DNA of 64,000 nt from positions 93,868,001-93,932,000 of the forward strand of contig NC_091478.1 of NCBI RefSeq assembly GCF_036971445.1, given 5' to 3'. The position numbers were made by a program, and so were the translations under genes. Positions 1 to 10,729 of the stretch are shown piece after piece (position 1 is the first letter of the stretch; the number at the start of each line of letters is the position of its first letter). Source of the stretch: Narcine bancroftii. Lineage: Eukaryota. Below the pieces are notes generated by a model. The model was not told the DNA's origin. It saw only the letters and a list, made by a program, of their open reading frames with translations, and made no database searches.

Positions 1-1340
1 GCAAAGGATGGACAGGTTCGGACTTCATTCCCTGGAATCCAGAAGAATGAGGAGAGATAGAGGTATACAAAATTGTGAATAGAATAAATAGAAGCAAACT
101 TTTTCCACTGAAGTTAGGCGAGATAAAAACTGGTCAAGGGCAAAATTTTAAAGGGAACACAACAGGGAACATCTTCACACAGAGAGAGATGGGGGTGTGG
201 AACAAGGTGTAGATAATTGATAAACACAAGCTCAATTTTGACATTGAAAGAAAAAGCTGGACAGGTAGGTACATGGATGGAAGGGGTATGGAGGGACATG
301 GTCTGGTGCAGGTCAGTGGGACCAGGCAGAATAATAGTTTGATACAGACTAGAAGGACGTTTTGCTGTGCTTTTACAGTGTTCAATAATTACAGGTAGCT
401 TTCACCACTCAGTTGTGAGTTTGCTGAAGCTGCGATCCAAGACACAAACACAACCCAGAAAATATTTACTTGACTACTACCTGGAATAAGTGTTGCGATA
501 TGAGAAAAGGTTGAAAATAATAATTTAAGAACTGACCAACATGCTCTGGTTCCGCAGACAGATTGCTATTTTGCCCTCTGCATTTGCACCATTTGCCCTC
601 ATAAGTCCCATACCTTCCCAATCACTTCACATCCATCTTGTTATGAAAAGGAGCTATGCCAGGTTTGAGGAAACAGGTTCTGGAGACCCAAGTAGGGTTG
701 GAAGACCTGGGTCTGAGATTTGGGAGGGGGTGGCAGGTGCAGTTAGAATCAAAGGGAAACCAGTTTCCAGAGGGGGTTCTAGGGGTAGGGGATCTGCACC
801 GTGTGACAGGCAGGGGTTGGTAGCTGGTTGTTTGTAACTGGGCTTGCTGTCTGAACACCCTAAGGGTCCAGGTCAAGGGGGTCTGCACCCGATTCCAGGG
901 CTGGCTGGGGTCAGGTTCTGATGTGAGGTCTACATGGGGCAGGGGGAATCATGTTTCCAGAGGGTGCCCAAAATTGGGGGCAGGGAGAGGGAAACAAATG
1001 CCAGGACTTGGGGGGGGGGGGGGGGGGAGAGAATTCTAAGACTGGCTGAGGGGAGGTGTGCTGAGGTAACCAGGGTCGGGAAAGGGGTGACTGAGGACAG
1101 GACGGGAGGGTGGACAGATCATGCGCTGTCTGTGACGAGACAGGAGACTGTGTTCCCCAGGGAGTGGTTGGGGTCATGGGGAGCCAGGTGCGTGACCAGG
1201 TGGAGCCAAGATTGTCGGGGGTGGACTGGGTACTGGGGTCCAGGAGGATTTGTGCCCAAAGGTCACAGGCAGGTTAGGTGTCCTGGGGCCCGGGTGAGTC
1301 TGGGACCGGGTGGGGGTCGCAGGGTGGCTGCGGGCCTCAC

Positions 1341-1499
1341 CTTCTCCTGGATGAAGTTACTGGCGAAGTTGAAGATGTCCAGCGAGCTGTCGGCCCGGGC
1401 CACGGCGAGGAGCTGGGCGGCGCGGTTGTAGGACAGGCTGCGGATGGCCGGCGGCACCAGCCCGAAGAAGCGCACACGGTGGACGAGGAACTCGCCCAT
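1341..1499 (-). CDS. UTP4: UTP4 (cirhin, U3 snoRNP WD40 protein), first coding exon; gene continues off the left edge
   Basis: MGEFLVHRVRFFGLVPPAIRSLSYNRAAQLLAVARADSSLDIFNFASNFIQEK (53 codons) matches the UTP4 N-terminus (MGEFKVHRVRFF...); ends at AAG|GTGAG; head-to-head with CHTF8 as in mammals. Confidence 0.95.
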
Positions 1500-1591
1500 C
1501 CTCGCGCCACGAGCTCCTTCACCCGGAAACACTTGCCCGCGGCGGGGGGGAGGGGAGGTCGCGGGGGAAGGAAGTGACGCAGGCTGGAAAT
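1500..1591. promoter_or_regulatory. Compact CpG-rich bidirectional promoter region shared by UTP4 and CHTF8
   Basis: CpG-dense interval between two divergent ATGs; ETS-like CCGGAAA (1523-1529), ETS-CRE-like GGAAGTGACG (1570-1579), GC-rich tract. Confidence 0.7.
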
Positions 1592-1620
1592 ATGGTTCAA
1601 ATCCCGGTGGCGTTGAACCG
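1592..1620 (+). CDS. CHTF8: CHTF8 coding exon 1 (MVQIPVALN + 2 nt)
   Basis: ATG GTT CAA ATC gives the conserved MVQI start; donor CG|GTGAGA; phase 2 matches the next exon. Confidence 0.85.
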
Positions 1621-1821
1621 GTGAGAGTGTGAGGGAGAAAAGGGGGAGGAGAGGAATGGGAGACAGGTCGGGTGGGGGAGAGGATAAACCACAATGTCGG
1701 AGAAGCTCAGCAGGTCAAACAGTGTCCCTTATAGAGTAAATAATCGTCCCTTCATCAAATGTCGGCAGGAGTCCGAACAAAAGAGTCGGGGGGGGGGGGA
1801 AGCAGAGGCAAGGGGTATTAG

Positions 1822-2148
1822 GTGGAGAAGGAAGGGAGGGAGGAGAGGGGGGAGGGAGGAGAGGGGGGAGGGAGGAGAGGGGGGAGGGAGGAGAGGGGGG
1901 AGGGAGGAGAGGGGGGAGGGAGGGAAGGGAGGGAGGAGAGGGGGGAGGGAGGAGAGGGGGGAGGGAGGGAAGGGAGGGAGGAGAGGGGGGAGGGAGGGAA
2001 GGGAGGAAAGAGAGGGGGGAGGGAGGGAAGGGAGGAAAGAGAGGGGGGAGGGAGGGAAGGGAGGAAAGAGAGGGGGGGGGAGGGAGGGAAGGGAGGAAAG
2101 AGGGGGGGGGGAGGGAGGGAAGGGAGGAAAGAGAGGGGGAGGGAGGGA
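1822..2148 (+). repeat. Pure purine (G/A) low-complexity tandem tract in CHTF8 intron 1
   Basis: Almost only G and A in reiterated GGAGGGAGGAGAGG-like units, running into the gap. Confidence 0.9.
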
Positions 2149-2504
2149 NNNNNNNNNNNNNNNNNNNNNNNNNNNNNNNNNNNNNNNNNNNNNNNNNNNN
2201 NNNNNNNNNNNNNNNNNNNNNNNNNNNNNNNNNNNNNNNNNNNNNNNNNNNNNNNNNNNNNNNNNNNNNNNNNNNNNNNNNNNNNNNNNNNNNNNNNNNN
2301 NNNNNNNNNNNNNNNNNNNNNNNNNNNNNNNNNNNNNNNNNNNNNNNNNNNNNNNNNNNNNNNNNNNNNNNNNNNNNNNNNNNNNNNNNNNNNNNNNNNN
2401 NNNNNNNNNNNNNNNNNNNNNNNNNNNNNNNNNNNNNNNNNNNNNNNNNNNNNNNNNNNNNNNNNNNNNNNNNNNNNNNNNNNNNNNNNNNNNNNNNNNN
2501 NNNN
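2149..2504. other. Assembly gap (356 N)
   Basis: Run of N. Confidence 0.99.
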
Positions 2505-2774
2505 GGGGAACGAGATGAGTGGTATGGGGTGGGTGGGGTGGATGGGAGGCAAAGGAAAAGGGGTATTGAGGGTAGTGGATGGGAGAGTGGGGTGTGGGTG
2601 CAGGAGGGAAAGAAATGGGGAGAGAGTGAAAGGGGGGAATGGGGATGAGATAAGAATGTAATGAAGGAGGGAAGGAAGGGGGTGATAGAGGGTGAGGAGG
2701 AGTACAAATTGGGCAATGTCTCCTCACACCTACTGAAGCTTGATTGATGGTTTAATACTTTCTGCCTTCGCCAG

Positions 2775-2892
2775 CACCAGAGATGCCTCAAGCCGTGATT
2801 GGGTATTAATGGAGCTGCAGGGGGAGATTGAGACGCGGTATGAAACTGGTCTGGCTGGGAGCCTAGTGGGAGATCTGCACTTCAGCCATGAT
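2775..2892 (+). CDS. CHTF8: CHTF8 coding exon 2
   Basis: TRDASSRDWVLMELQGEIETRYETGLAGSLVGDLHFSHD (Ctf8 motif WVLMELQGEI); CCAG acceptor, GAT|GTATGC donor. Confidence 0.93.
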
Positions 2893-4310
2893 GTATGCAT
2901 TCTACTCCTGAACCTTATCCTCATCCCTCTTTATTAACACCCTCCCACGTGTCTTCTAAAATTCTATCATAGTGTTATACAGTACAAACGGCAAATTGTA
3001 CACCTGAAATTGACCGTTTCTTTTTCTTTGGAGGGTGCTCAACTTGGTATCTCCAATCCTTTCGGTCTTTGCCAATCATGGATCTGTTGGGTTTTTTTTT
3101 GTGCAATAGCAATTCACCTGCTTGTCAGTACTTAAGTATTATGAGAATACATGCCTCCACCACCCACTTGTCATGCATTTTGTATTCTTATCATCATCTG
3201 TGAGGAGGAAGGGGTTGGGATACAGATGCTTTGGGATCATCTTAGATACAGATGCTTTGGGATGTTATCTACCGTCTATCTTGTCTGCACCCCTCATGAT
3301 TCTGTAAACCTTCATTATGCCCCTCCCTGCCTACTCCTCTGCTCCAAAGAAAAGAAACCCATCCTGTCCACTTTCCCCATAATTGGAATACTCTATCCGA
3401 GACAACATCCTGGTGATTCGCTCTTTCCAGGGTAATCGCATTCTTCCTAATGGTGCATTGACCAAAATTATACTCCATATTCCAACTAGAACCCAACCAA
3501 TGTTGTGCCATGAACTGTGTTCTAATATTTTATGCCTGAGCTAAAATCCATCCAGCATCTTATCAACAGCCTCAATGGTTCCTCAGATCATATTGTTCAT
3601 TGAGTTTATCCTACTTTTATTAGTAATTCCAAGATACATCACCATGCACATTATCAGGATTAAATTGCTTCTTGTATTACTTGATTCATCTACCAGCTGT
3701 TCAGTATGATCCTGTCGACAACAATTATCCTCCTCATTTTCAGAAATACCAATGAGTTTGTGTCATCTACAAACCTACCAATTATACTCCTTGTATTCAT
3801 ATCTAAGTGGTTAATGTACATAAACTTTGATGTACACCATAACATTAGGATGAAATCTTTTGGTCCAGTCTTCCAATGTGATATTGTTACTGAAACAACA
3901 TAAACTGCATCAACCTCACTGCCCTCAGCAATAGATTTTGATATCTCCTCAACAAATTCAAGCCTACAAAGGTGGGCCACAAGGACCCATTTCTGTACTG
4001 TATGATTCTGTGGTTGAAAATGAAAGACTAATGTCTGCATGTTTTCAGTTTTAATCCTTTTTCTGTCATACTTTTCCATCATATTCTCTCCTTTGTGGAT
4101 AGCAGATTGTGCCATGCATACATATTCTTATAAAATGCCCTTGGATGTATCAGCCAAGCCTCACCTTTGTACAGAGAGCTGTCTTCTGATTGCTTCCATT
4201 CTTGCTCTTGGTCACGTGCCTGTGCTCGATGTCACTTGATAGCAAGACTGAGTTGACCTGTTATTTTCTGGATCTGAGCTTTGTTTTATTTCCACTTTTC
4301 TCACCTGCAG

Positions 4311-4568
4311 GGCATCCCGATTCTGATTATTGGTCATCACATCTTGTATGGTAAAGTCAGTCACCTGGAGAGGCCGTTTGCAGTACTCCAAAAACACTCT
4401 GCCAGAAGAGTAGGGGCCGAGAACACAACAGAAGCTCAGAGCCCTTCCCCTGAAGTTAATGAAGAGAACACTTCAGTCAGCTACGAGGTGACTGCACTGA
4501 TCAAGAAAAAGATCATCTTCAAAACCCGTCCAAAACCCATTATTACTCATGTACCCAAGAAGCTGTAG
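4311..4568 (+). CDS. CHTF8: CHTF8 last coding exon (total CDS 405 nt, 134 aa)
   Basis: [26 protein letters not shown]...[26 protein letters not shown]; polypyrimidine tract plus CAG acceptor. Confidence 0.96.
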   Translation, partial: GIPILIIGHHILYGKVSHLERPFAVLQKHSARRVGAENTTEAQSPSPEVNEENTSVSYEVTALIKKKIIFKTRPKPIITHVPKKL

Positions 4569-5089
4569 TGGCTTGTACAGTGGGCAATCCCAACTTGTAA
4601 CCAGAGGCTTTGCATCAAGGTGGTGTGAGAACTGAATGGTGGACATTTACCACCAATCTTTGTCTCACTGCTCAGTACTCGTGCTTTATGTCTGATTTAA
4701 ATGGATCCTTTAAAATATTATCTGTATTTTAAAACATTTTATTACAAGCTGCTGTTTTGTTTTACTTCAAGCTGATACATTATCACTCTCCTTTTTACCA
4801 AATGTTCACTGGACAAGGAACTACTCTATGGGTAAATATATTGAGGATAATTCACACTGTGCTCAATAATGTAACCAGTATTTTAAACTTTGAGATCACT
4901 TTTTATAGTAGGAATGCATCAGGACCAGAACCTGGACTGCCTGATGTACTTTCCAGTCCATTCTGAATTGAGCTAATAACTGTCTGTAAAGGTGATGGAC
5001 TGAGCTGATCCTGCTATTAATGAATGGACAGACACCCCGTTCATTACATGAATTGTATGTCAGGAAGAAAAAAAGTATGTGAGTGGGAT

Positions 5090-7400
5090 AATAAGTTTGC
5101 AGGTGACACTCAAGATTGATGGAGGTGTGGACAGTGCTGAAAGGTATCAAAAAATACAACATAATCTTGGCAGAGAAATGGCAGCTGGAGTTTAATCCAG
5201 ACAAATGCGATGTATTGCACTTTGTCTGGGGAACATATACAGTAAATAGCAGGATTTAAAAGCACCGCTGTGCAGAGGGATCTGCAGGTCTAAGTAAACA
5301 GCTTCTTGAAAGTGGACAAGCAAAAGGATAGGTTGTTAAAGAAGGCATAGGTATGCTTAGCTTCATTGGGCAGGATATATAGTAAGGAAGTCATGACACA
5401 GCTGTTTTACAGCTTGGTTAAGCCCCAGTTGGAATACTGCATGCAATTCTGGTCGCCTCATTGCAGGAAGGACGTCGAGTCTTTGGAAAGGTTAGAGAGA
5501 TGCTTGGCAGGATATAGCCTGGATTAGAGGATCCAGGCCACATCCTGGTAAATTTTGACAAAGTACCACACATGAGGCTAATTAATAAGATTAGAGCCCA
5601 TAGTACAACAGGAAATATACTACCTTGGGTGGAGCATTGGCTGATCGGCAGGAAGCAGAGAATTGAATGGTTGGCGGTCCATTGCGAGTGATGTTCCGCA
5701 GGGGTCATTGTTGGGGCCACTTCTTTTTTTATGTTGTATATTAATGATTTGGATTATGGAATGAATGGCTTTGTGGCCAAGTTTGCAGATGATACAAAGG
5801 TAGGGGGAGAAGCAGGTAGTGCTGAGCAAAAGGACTTTGGCAGATTAGGACCATCACCCCGGCAATGCATTCCAGGCACCCACTGCTCTTTGTGTAAAAA
5901 TAAACATTTCTAGCATCTCCCCTAAACTTTCTTCCACTCACCATAAACCAATGTCCTCTGGTATTTGCTACTGTTGCCCCAGGAAAATGGTGCTGACTAT
6001 CCACCCTATCAAAGATATCGCTATGAAGTTACCCCTCATCTTTAGTTGTAGGAGAAAAGCCCTAGCACTATCAATCTTGTCATGAGATGTTCTCCAATCC
6101 AGGCAATGTCCTGGAAGATCTCAGCTGCATCCTCTCCATAACACATCTACAGTACATCCTGTAATGAGGTGACCAGAACTGGACACAATTCTCCAAGTGT
6201 GGTCTAACCAGAGTTTTATAGAGCTGCAACATTACCTCATGCCTCTTGAACTTAATCTCTTCACCCCCCCCCACCCCCAAACTAATGAAGGGCAACACAG
6301 CATACGCCTTCCTAATCATCCTATTAACCTGTGCAGCAACCTTGAGAGATCTGTGGACTTGGACCCCAAGATCTCTGCCTTCAAACTGTTAAGAATCTTG
6401 CTGTTAACACATACTATGTCTTCAAGCTTGACCTTCTAAAGTGCATCACTTCACACTTACCCAGTTGAATTCTATCAGCTACTTCTCCCAACTCACCATT
6501 CTGTCTATATCCTGTTGGAACCTACAACAACCTTACACACTATCCACACCACCACCAACCTTTGCATTATGTGCAAACTTACTGACCCACCCCTTCACTT
6601 CTTCGTCCAAGTCATTTAGAAAAAAAAATCGCAAAGAACAGGGATCCCAAACATCCCTGCAAAATGCCACTTGTCACTGACCTCCAGGCAGAATGCGTTC
6701 TATTTACTACTACTATGCTTTCTGCAGGCAAGCCAATTCTGAGTCCACAGAGCCAAGGTTGCATGGATCCCATGCCTTATGACTTTCCGAATGAGCCTAC
6801 CAAGGGGACCTTGTCTTAGTAAAATCCACATACACCACTACTACTGCCTTACCTTCATCAATTTCCTTTGTCATCTCTTCAAAAAACTCAATTAGGTTTT
6901 TGAGGCATGACCCCCCCCCCCCCCCACCACACACCACCATCATGCTGTGCTATCCCTGAGAAGACTATGCTTCTCCAAATGCTCTTAAATCCTGGTCTCG
7001 AATCCTCTAATTCCCCACCACTGATGTAAGATTGGTCTACAAATCCCAGGATTATCCCTTTCTTAAACAAGGGGACTACATTTGTCTTTCTCCACTCCTC
7101 CAGTAGTTCTGTGGCCAGAGAGGATGCAATGATCCATGCCAATGCCTCATCAATTTCTTACCTTGCTTCCAGTAATAATTTGGAATATATCCCATCTGGA
7201 CCTAGATACATACTCCAGTGCTTTAGTTTATCCTTCACTGACCTCATATTGTCCAAGGTCCATCTCCCTTATTACTGAAGCATTTAGGACCTTTCCTACC
7301 TCTAACCGCGAAGCACTTGCTTGTCCTACCCTCAGTCTTGACATCCATTTGTTCTTCACCTACTTGTCAAGGTCTTCTTGTGCCCCCTTGTATTTAAAAA
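5090..7400. mobile_element. Cluster of decayed CR1 fragments in both orientations
   Basis: LYINDLD...KFADDTK (+); LYKTLVRPHLENCVQFWSP and NVVPLFKKG (-). Confidence 0.8.
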
Positions 7401-7826
7401 AAAATATCTTTGCTAGCTATAGTTCTCGTGAGCCCTTCGTGACTATCTTGTCTATCTTGCCCTCTTCCTCTAGAATGATCCAGAATTCATCCACCTCCAG
7501 CTCCCTAACTCTGTCTGTGCACTTTAGAGTATTAGTGGAATAGAAAGACTTTGCAGGGTGCAAAATATAGTGTCGAAAGCAAGCAGGTAGCTCCACACTG
7601 GTTCTGAGGACTGGACATTCCAAGATACTACCTGGCCTGCATTTTCTGTTTCTATTTTCAATTATGCTTGAAGATGTTTGATTACTTACTGAAATTAAGC
7701 AAATCTGATTGTTTCGTTTTGGTCACTGCTGTAGGAAAGATGTTGTCAAGCCGGAGAGGGTGCAGAGAAGATTTACAAGGATGTTCCAGAACCTGGGGGC
7801 CTGAGTTATTGGCAGAGGTTGGGCAG

Positions 7827-7955
7827 GTACAAGTACATTCATATAAAAATAATTTGCATTAAAAAAATTAATATAAAGGAGGTGGTATCATTGTTTCAGT
7901 CCCCCTAGTGGTATAGGAAGTATCAGAACATCAGGGGATAGACTGAAGTTGGCTA
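7827..7955 (+). repeat. Direct duplicate of 9313-9442
   Basis: ~130 bp near-identical copy from GTACAAGTACATTC to AAGTTGGCTA. Confidence 0.92.
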
Positions 7956-9624
7956 TCCCTTGGAACGCAGGAAGATGAGGGGTGATCTCCTAGAAGTGGA
8001 CAGTTCATGAGAGGAATAGATCAGGTGAATGTAGAGAATCTTTTGTCCCCAGAGTATGGAAATCAATAATCAGAGGACATAGCTTTAAGGTTGTGGGGGG
8101 GGGGGGGGGGGGGGGGGGAGAGAGAGAGATTGAAACCTGAGAGTTTTATTTTTACCAAGAGAGTGGTGGGTGTATGGAACAGGTTGCTGGAAGAAGAGGT
8201 TGAGGAAGGTCCTATTGCAACGTTTTTTTTTAATTGGACAGATGTATGATTAGGATGGGTTTAGAGAAGTATGGGCCAAATTCAGGCATGTGGGACTAAT
8301 GTGGGTGGGTCATTTTGATCAGTGTGGGCAAGTTGGGCCGTATAGCCTGTTTCCACGCTGTGGACTCTGACTCTATAGATGTTGGCTCTAAATTCTGCAG
8401 CCAATCAAAATTAGAACAGCATCCATGGAAAGAACAGTAGTAGGCAGATGCTGTAAGTGAAAGAATTGGAATGGAACAACCAGATTGAATGCTATGGGCT
8501 GCACAAGGCCTGATCCTACATCTTTCTCTTGTTGGGATGATATGCAGGAAACACAACCCATTCAGCTCATGACAGTTTTAAAGGTTAGATTCCAATAACT
8601 TCAACACTTCAGGCCAGCAGTTAAAGTGGATGAAGATTATATTGTTATGGGAGATCAGGAAGGTTCCAGTGAAAGGAAACTGGAGAGATTGACTGGTCAC
8701 AGCAACAGCTGACTTTGTTATAATCTTTATTTTGATAAAAGTTCTTATAAACCATCAGCAGAACCCAAGTTGATGAGAAGTTGTAGACATTTTTGATACA
8801 GTCTGGTACAACAAGATGCCCACAAAGTCCATGATCACTGGAGACTTTAGAACCATAATACAGAAACAGGCCCCCCATCTAACTTGTGCTGAATTATTAT
8901 TCGGTCTAGTCCAAATGACCTACACCTGGATCATAGCCCACCATATCTCTCCCATTCATGCACCTATCCATGTTTTCCTTAAATGTCAAAATCAAGCTTG
9001 CATTCATCACTTCATCTGGCAGCTGGTTCCACCCTCTCACCCCTCTCTGCATGAAGATGTTCCCCTTTCATCCTTAACCCATGTCCTCCAGTTCTTCTCT
9101 CACCCAACCTCAGTGGAAAATGTCTGCTCGCATTTACTTGGTCTACACCCTTCACAATAACGTGGTGGGCTACAGGCTCTGGGCCTGTGTTATTCTATAT
9201 TCAACCACAGGAAACACAGAGTAAATGAAGTGACTTTCATCATCTGTTTTGGAAAAAAATGTAAAACTACTTCCTATAAGTGGAGCTCTGGCTGTATTTT
9301 AAATACTGAATCGTACAAGTACATTCATATAAAAATAATTTGCATTTAAAAAAATTAATATAAAGGAGGTGGTGTCATTGTTTCAGTCCCCCTGGTGGTG
9401 CAGGAAGTATCAGAACATCAGGGGATAGATTAAAGTTGGCTACAATTGCAAATGGGTTCCAGCGTACTGACAGAGTGAATCCTTTCACACTGCACATGGG
9501 ACCACAGTGCTGATATGTACCACTCTAGGTCTACATTATAATCCCCATTCTCGGGTGTGAGGGCAAACTCTATGATGCTGCAGTAGAAATATTGCTTGGT
9601 GCCTACGGCTTTAACTGAAAATAT

Positions 9625-9630
9625 TTTATT
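9625..9630 (-). promoter_or_regulatory. Candidate proximal poly(A) signal of HAS3
   Basis: AATAAA on the minus strand ~85 nt after the stop; another at 8726-8731. Confidence 0.35.
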
Positions 9631-9713
9631 CCTGTATTGTGACTCAGCCCAGGCCTGGCTCTGTACATGAGAGTGCTTGGCTCCAGCCAGACCTTGGGCT
9701 TATTGGCCAGGCC

Positions 9714-10643
9714 TCAGGCCTCCAACAGGGCTAAATCACAGTGCTCCTGTTTATGGCTGCATTGCTTGGCCACAATGGCCAGGTAGAGGGCAAGCAGCAA
9801 CAACCAGTAGCAGGCATAGATGATGGAGCCAGCAATGAGGAAAGGTATCTCGGTGTCAGGGAGTGGCTGCTGGCACTCCTGGTAGATGGTGTAGACCAGG
9901 CCCCCAGCCAACACTGCAAACCAGATGGAGATGGGTAGCAACCCCACCAGATTGACTACAAGTCTGCGGCGGCCTGAGGTGCCCCAGCCAGGGCGGTTAA
10001 TGGTGACCAGAGCGAAGAGTTTAGCTGGCAGCAGGCTGGTCATGTACAGCAGCGAGTAGAGGGACAGGAAGAGCATGTGTGCCGAGCCTCGGAGCAGGCA
10101 GGCAAAGGCTGCCTTCAGCACCCCCACACCTTGCACAGCCAGCAGGAAGAGCAAAATGTTCCAGAGCCGCCCACGGTAGAACAGGTGCACCACTGTCCAG
10201 GTCAGGAAGAAGGGAAAGAAGCCACTGACCACGGCCTCGTAGGTCATCCAGGGGTGGTGCTTGTGGAAGCAGAGTGCACCATACAGCCACTCGCGGAAGT
10301 AGGACTTGCTCCAGCGGGTCTGTTGGTTGAGCCAGCGTAGGTAGCGGCTTGGTGTCTCAGTCAGGCATCGGGAACGTGCCGTAAACTTGGTCTTGAAGCC
10401 AAGATTCAGCACACGGTTGGTGAGGTGTCGGTCATCTCCAAAGCTGCACTTGGAGCCGAAAAAATGCTGGTTGTACCAATCATGCAGGAAGAGGTGGAGC
10501 AGAGAATTACGGTACATGCCCAGAGGGCCACTGATGCACTGAACACACCCAAAGTATGACTGACAGGCACGCTCCACATTGAAGGCCATCCAGTAACGCA
10601 CACTGCTGAGGAAGGAAATCCAGGAGTCATATTGATTCAGGAT
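9714..10643 (-). CDS. HAS3: Hyaluronan synthase 3, last coding exon
   Basis: [46 protein letters not shown]...GDDRHLTN...[13 protein letters not shown] (GT2 QxxRW motif) plus C-terminal TM helices; CAG acceptor, TGA stop. Confidence 0.97.
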   Translation of the reverse strand: MLNQYDSWISFLSSVRYWMAFNVERACQSYFGCVQCISGPLGMYRNSLLHLFLHDWYNQHFFGSKCSFGDDRHLTNRVLNLGFKTKFTARSRCLTETPSRYLRWLNQQTRWSKSYFREWLYGALCFHKHHPWMTYEAVVSGFFPFFLTWTVVHLFYRGRLWNILLFLLAVQGVGVLKAAFACLLRGSAHMLFLSLYSLLYMTSLLPAKLFALVTINRPGWGTSGRRRLVVNLVGLLPISIWFAVLAGGLVYTIYQECQQPLPDTEIPFLIAGSIIYACYWLLLLALYLAIVAKQCSHKQEHCDLALLEA

Positions 10644-10729
10644 CTGTGGGGAGGCAAAGCAAAGAGAAGTTAAGGCCATGGTCTCAGAACCCAATGCACA
10701 GTTTCCCAGGAACAAGAAAGGCATGACCA

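Noticed and set aside
1594-1607. GGTTCAAATCCCGG resembling a tRNA T-arm / Pol III B-box (also a reverse CHR TTTGAA)
   Set aside because: No cloverleaf or A-box; fully explained by the codons of the conserved CHTF8 start MVQIP
1694-2791. Long Gly/Arg/Glu- or Pro/Ser-rich ORFs
   Set aside because: Artefacts of a stop-free purine tract and the N gap; not DERPC
8095-8118. Long poly-G/poly-C runs (also ~1009, ~32462, ~62731)
   Set aside because: Simple homopolymers of unreliable length; no evidence of function
9646-9700. SECIS element for the HAS3 UGA
   Set aside because: Lacks the AUGA/GA quartet geometry; HAS3 ends at its normal length
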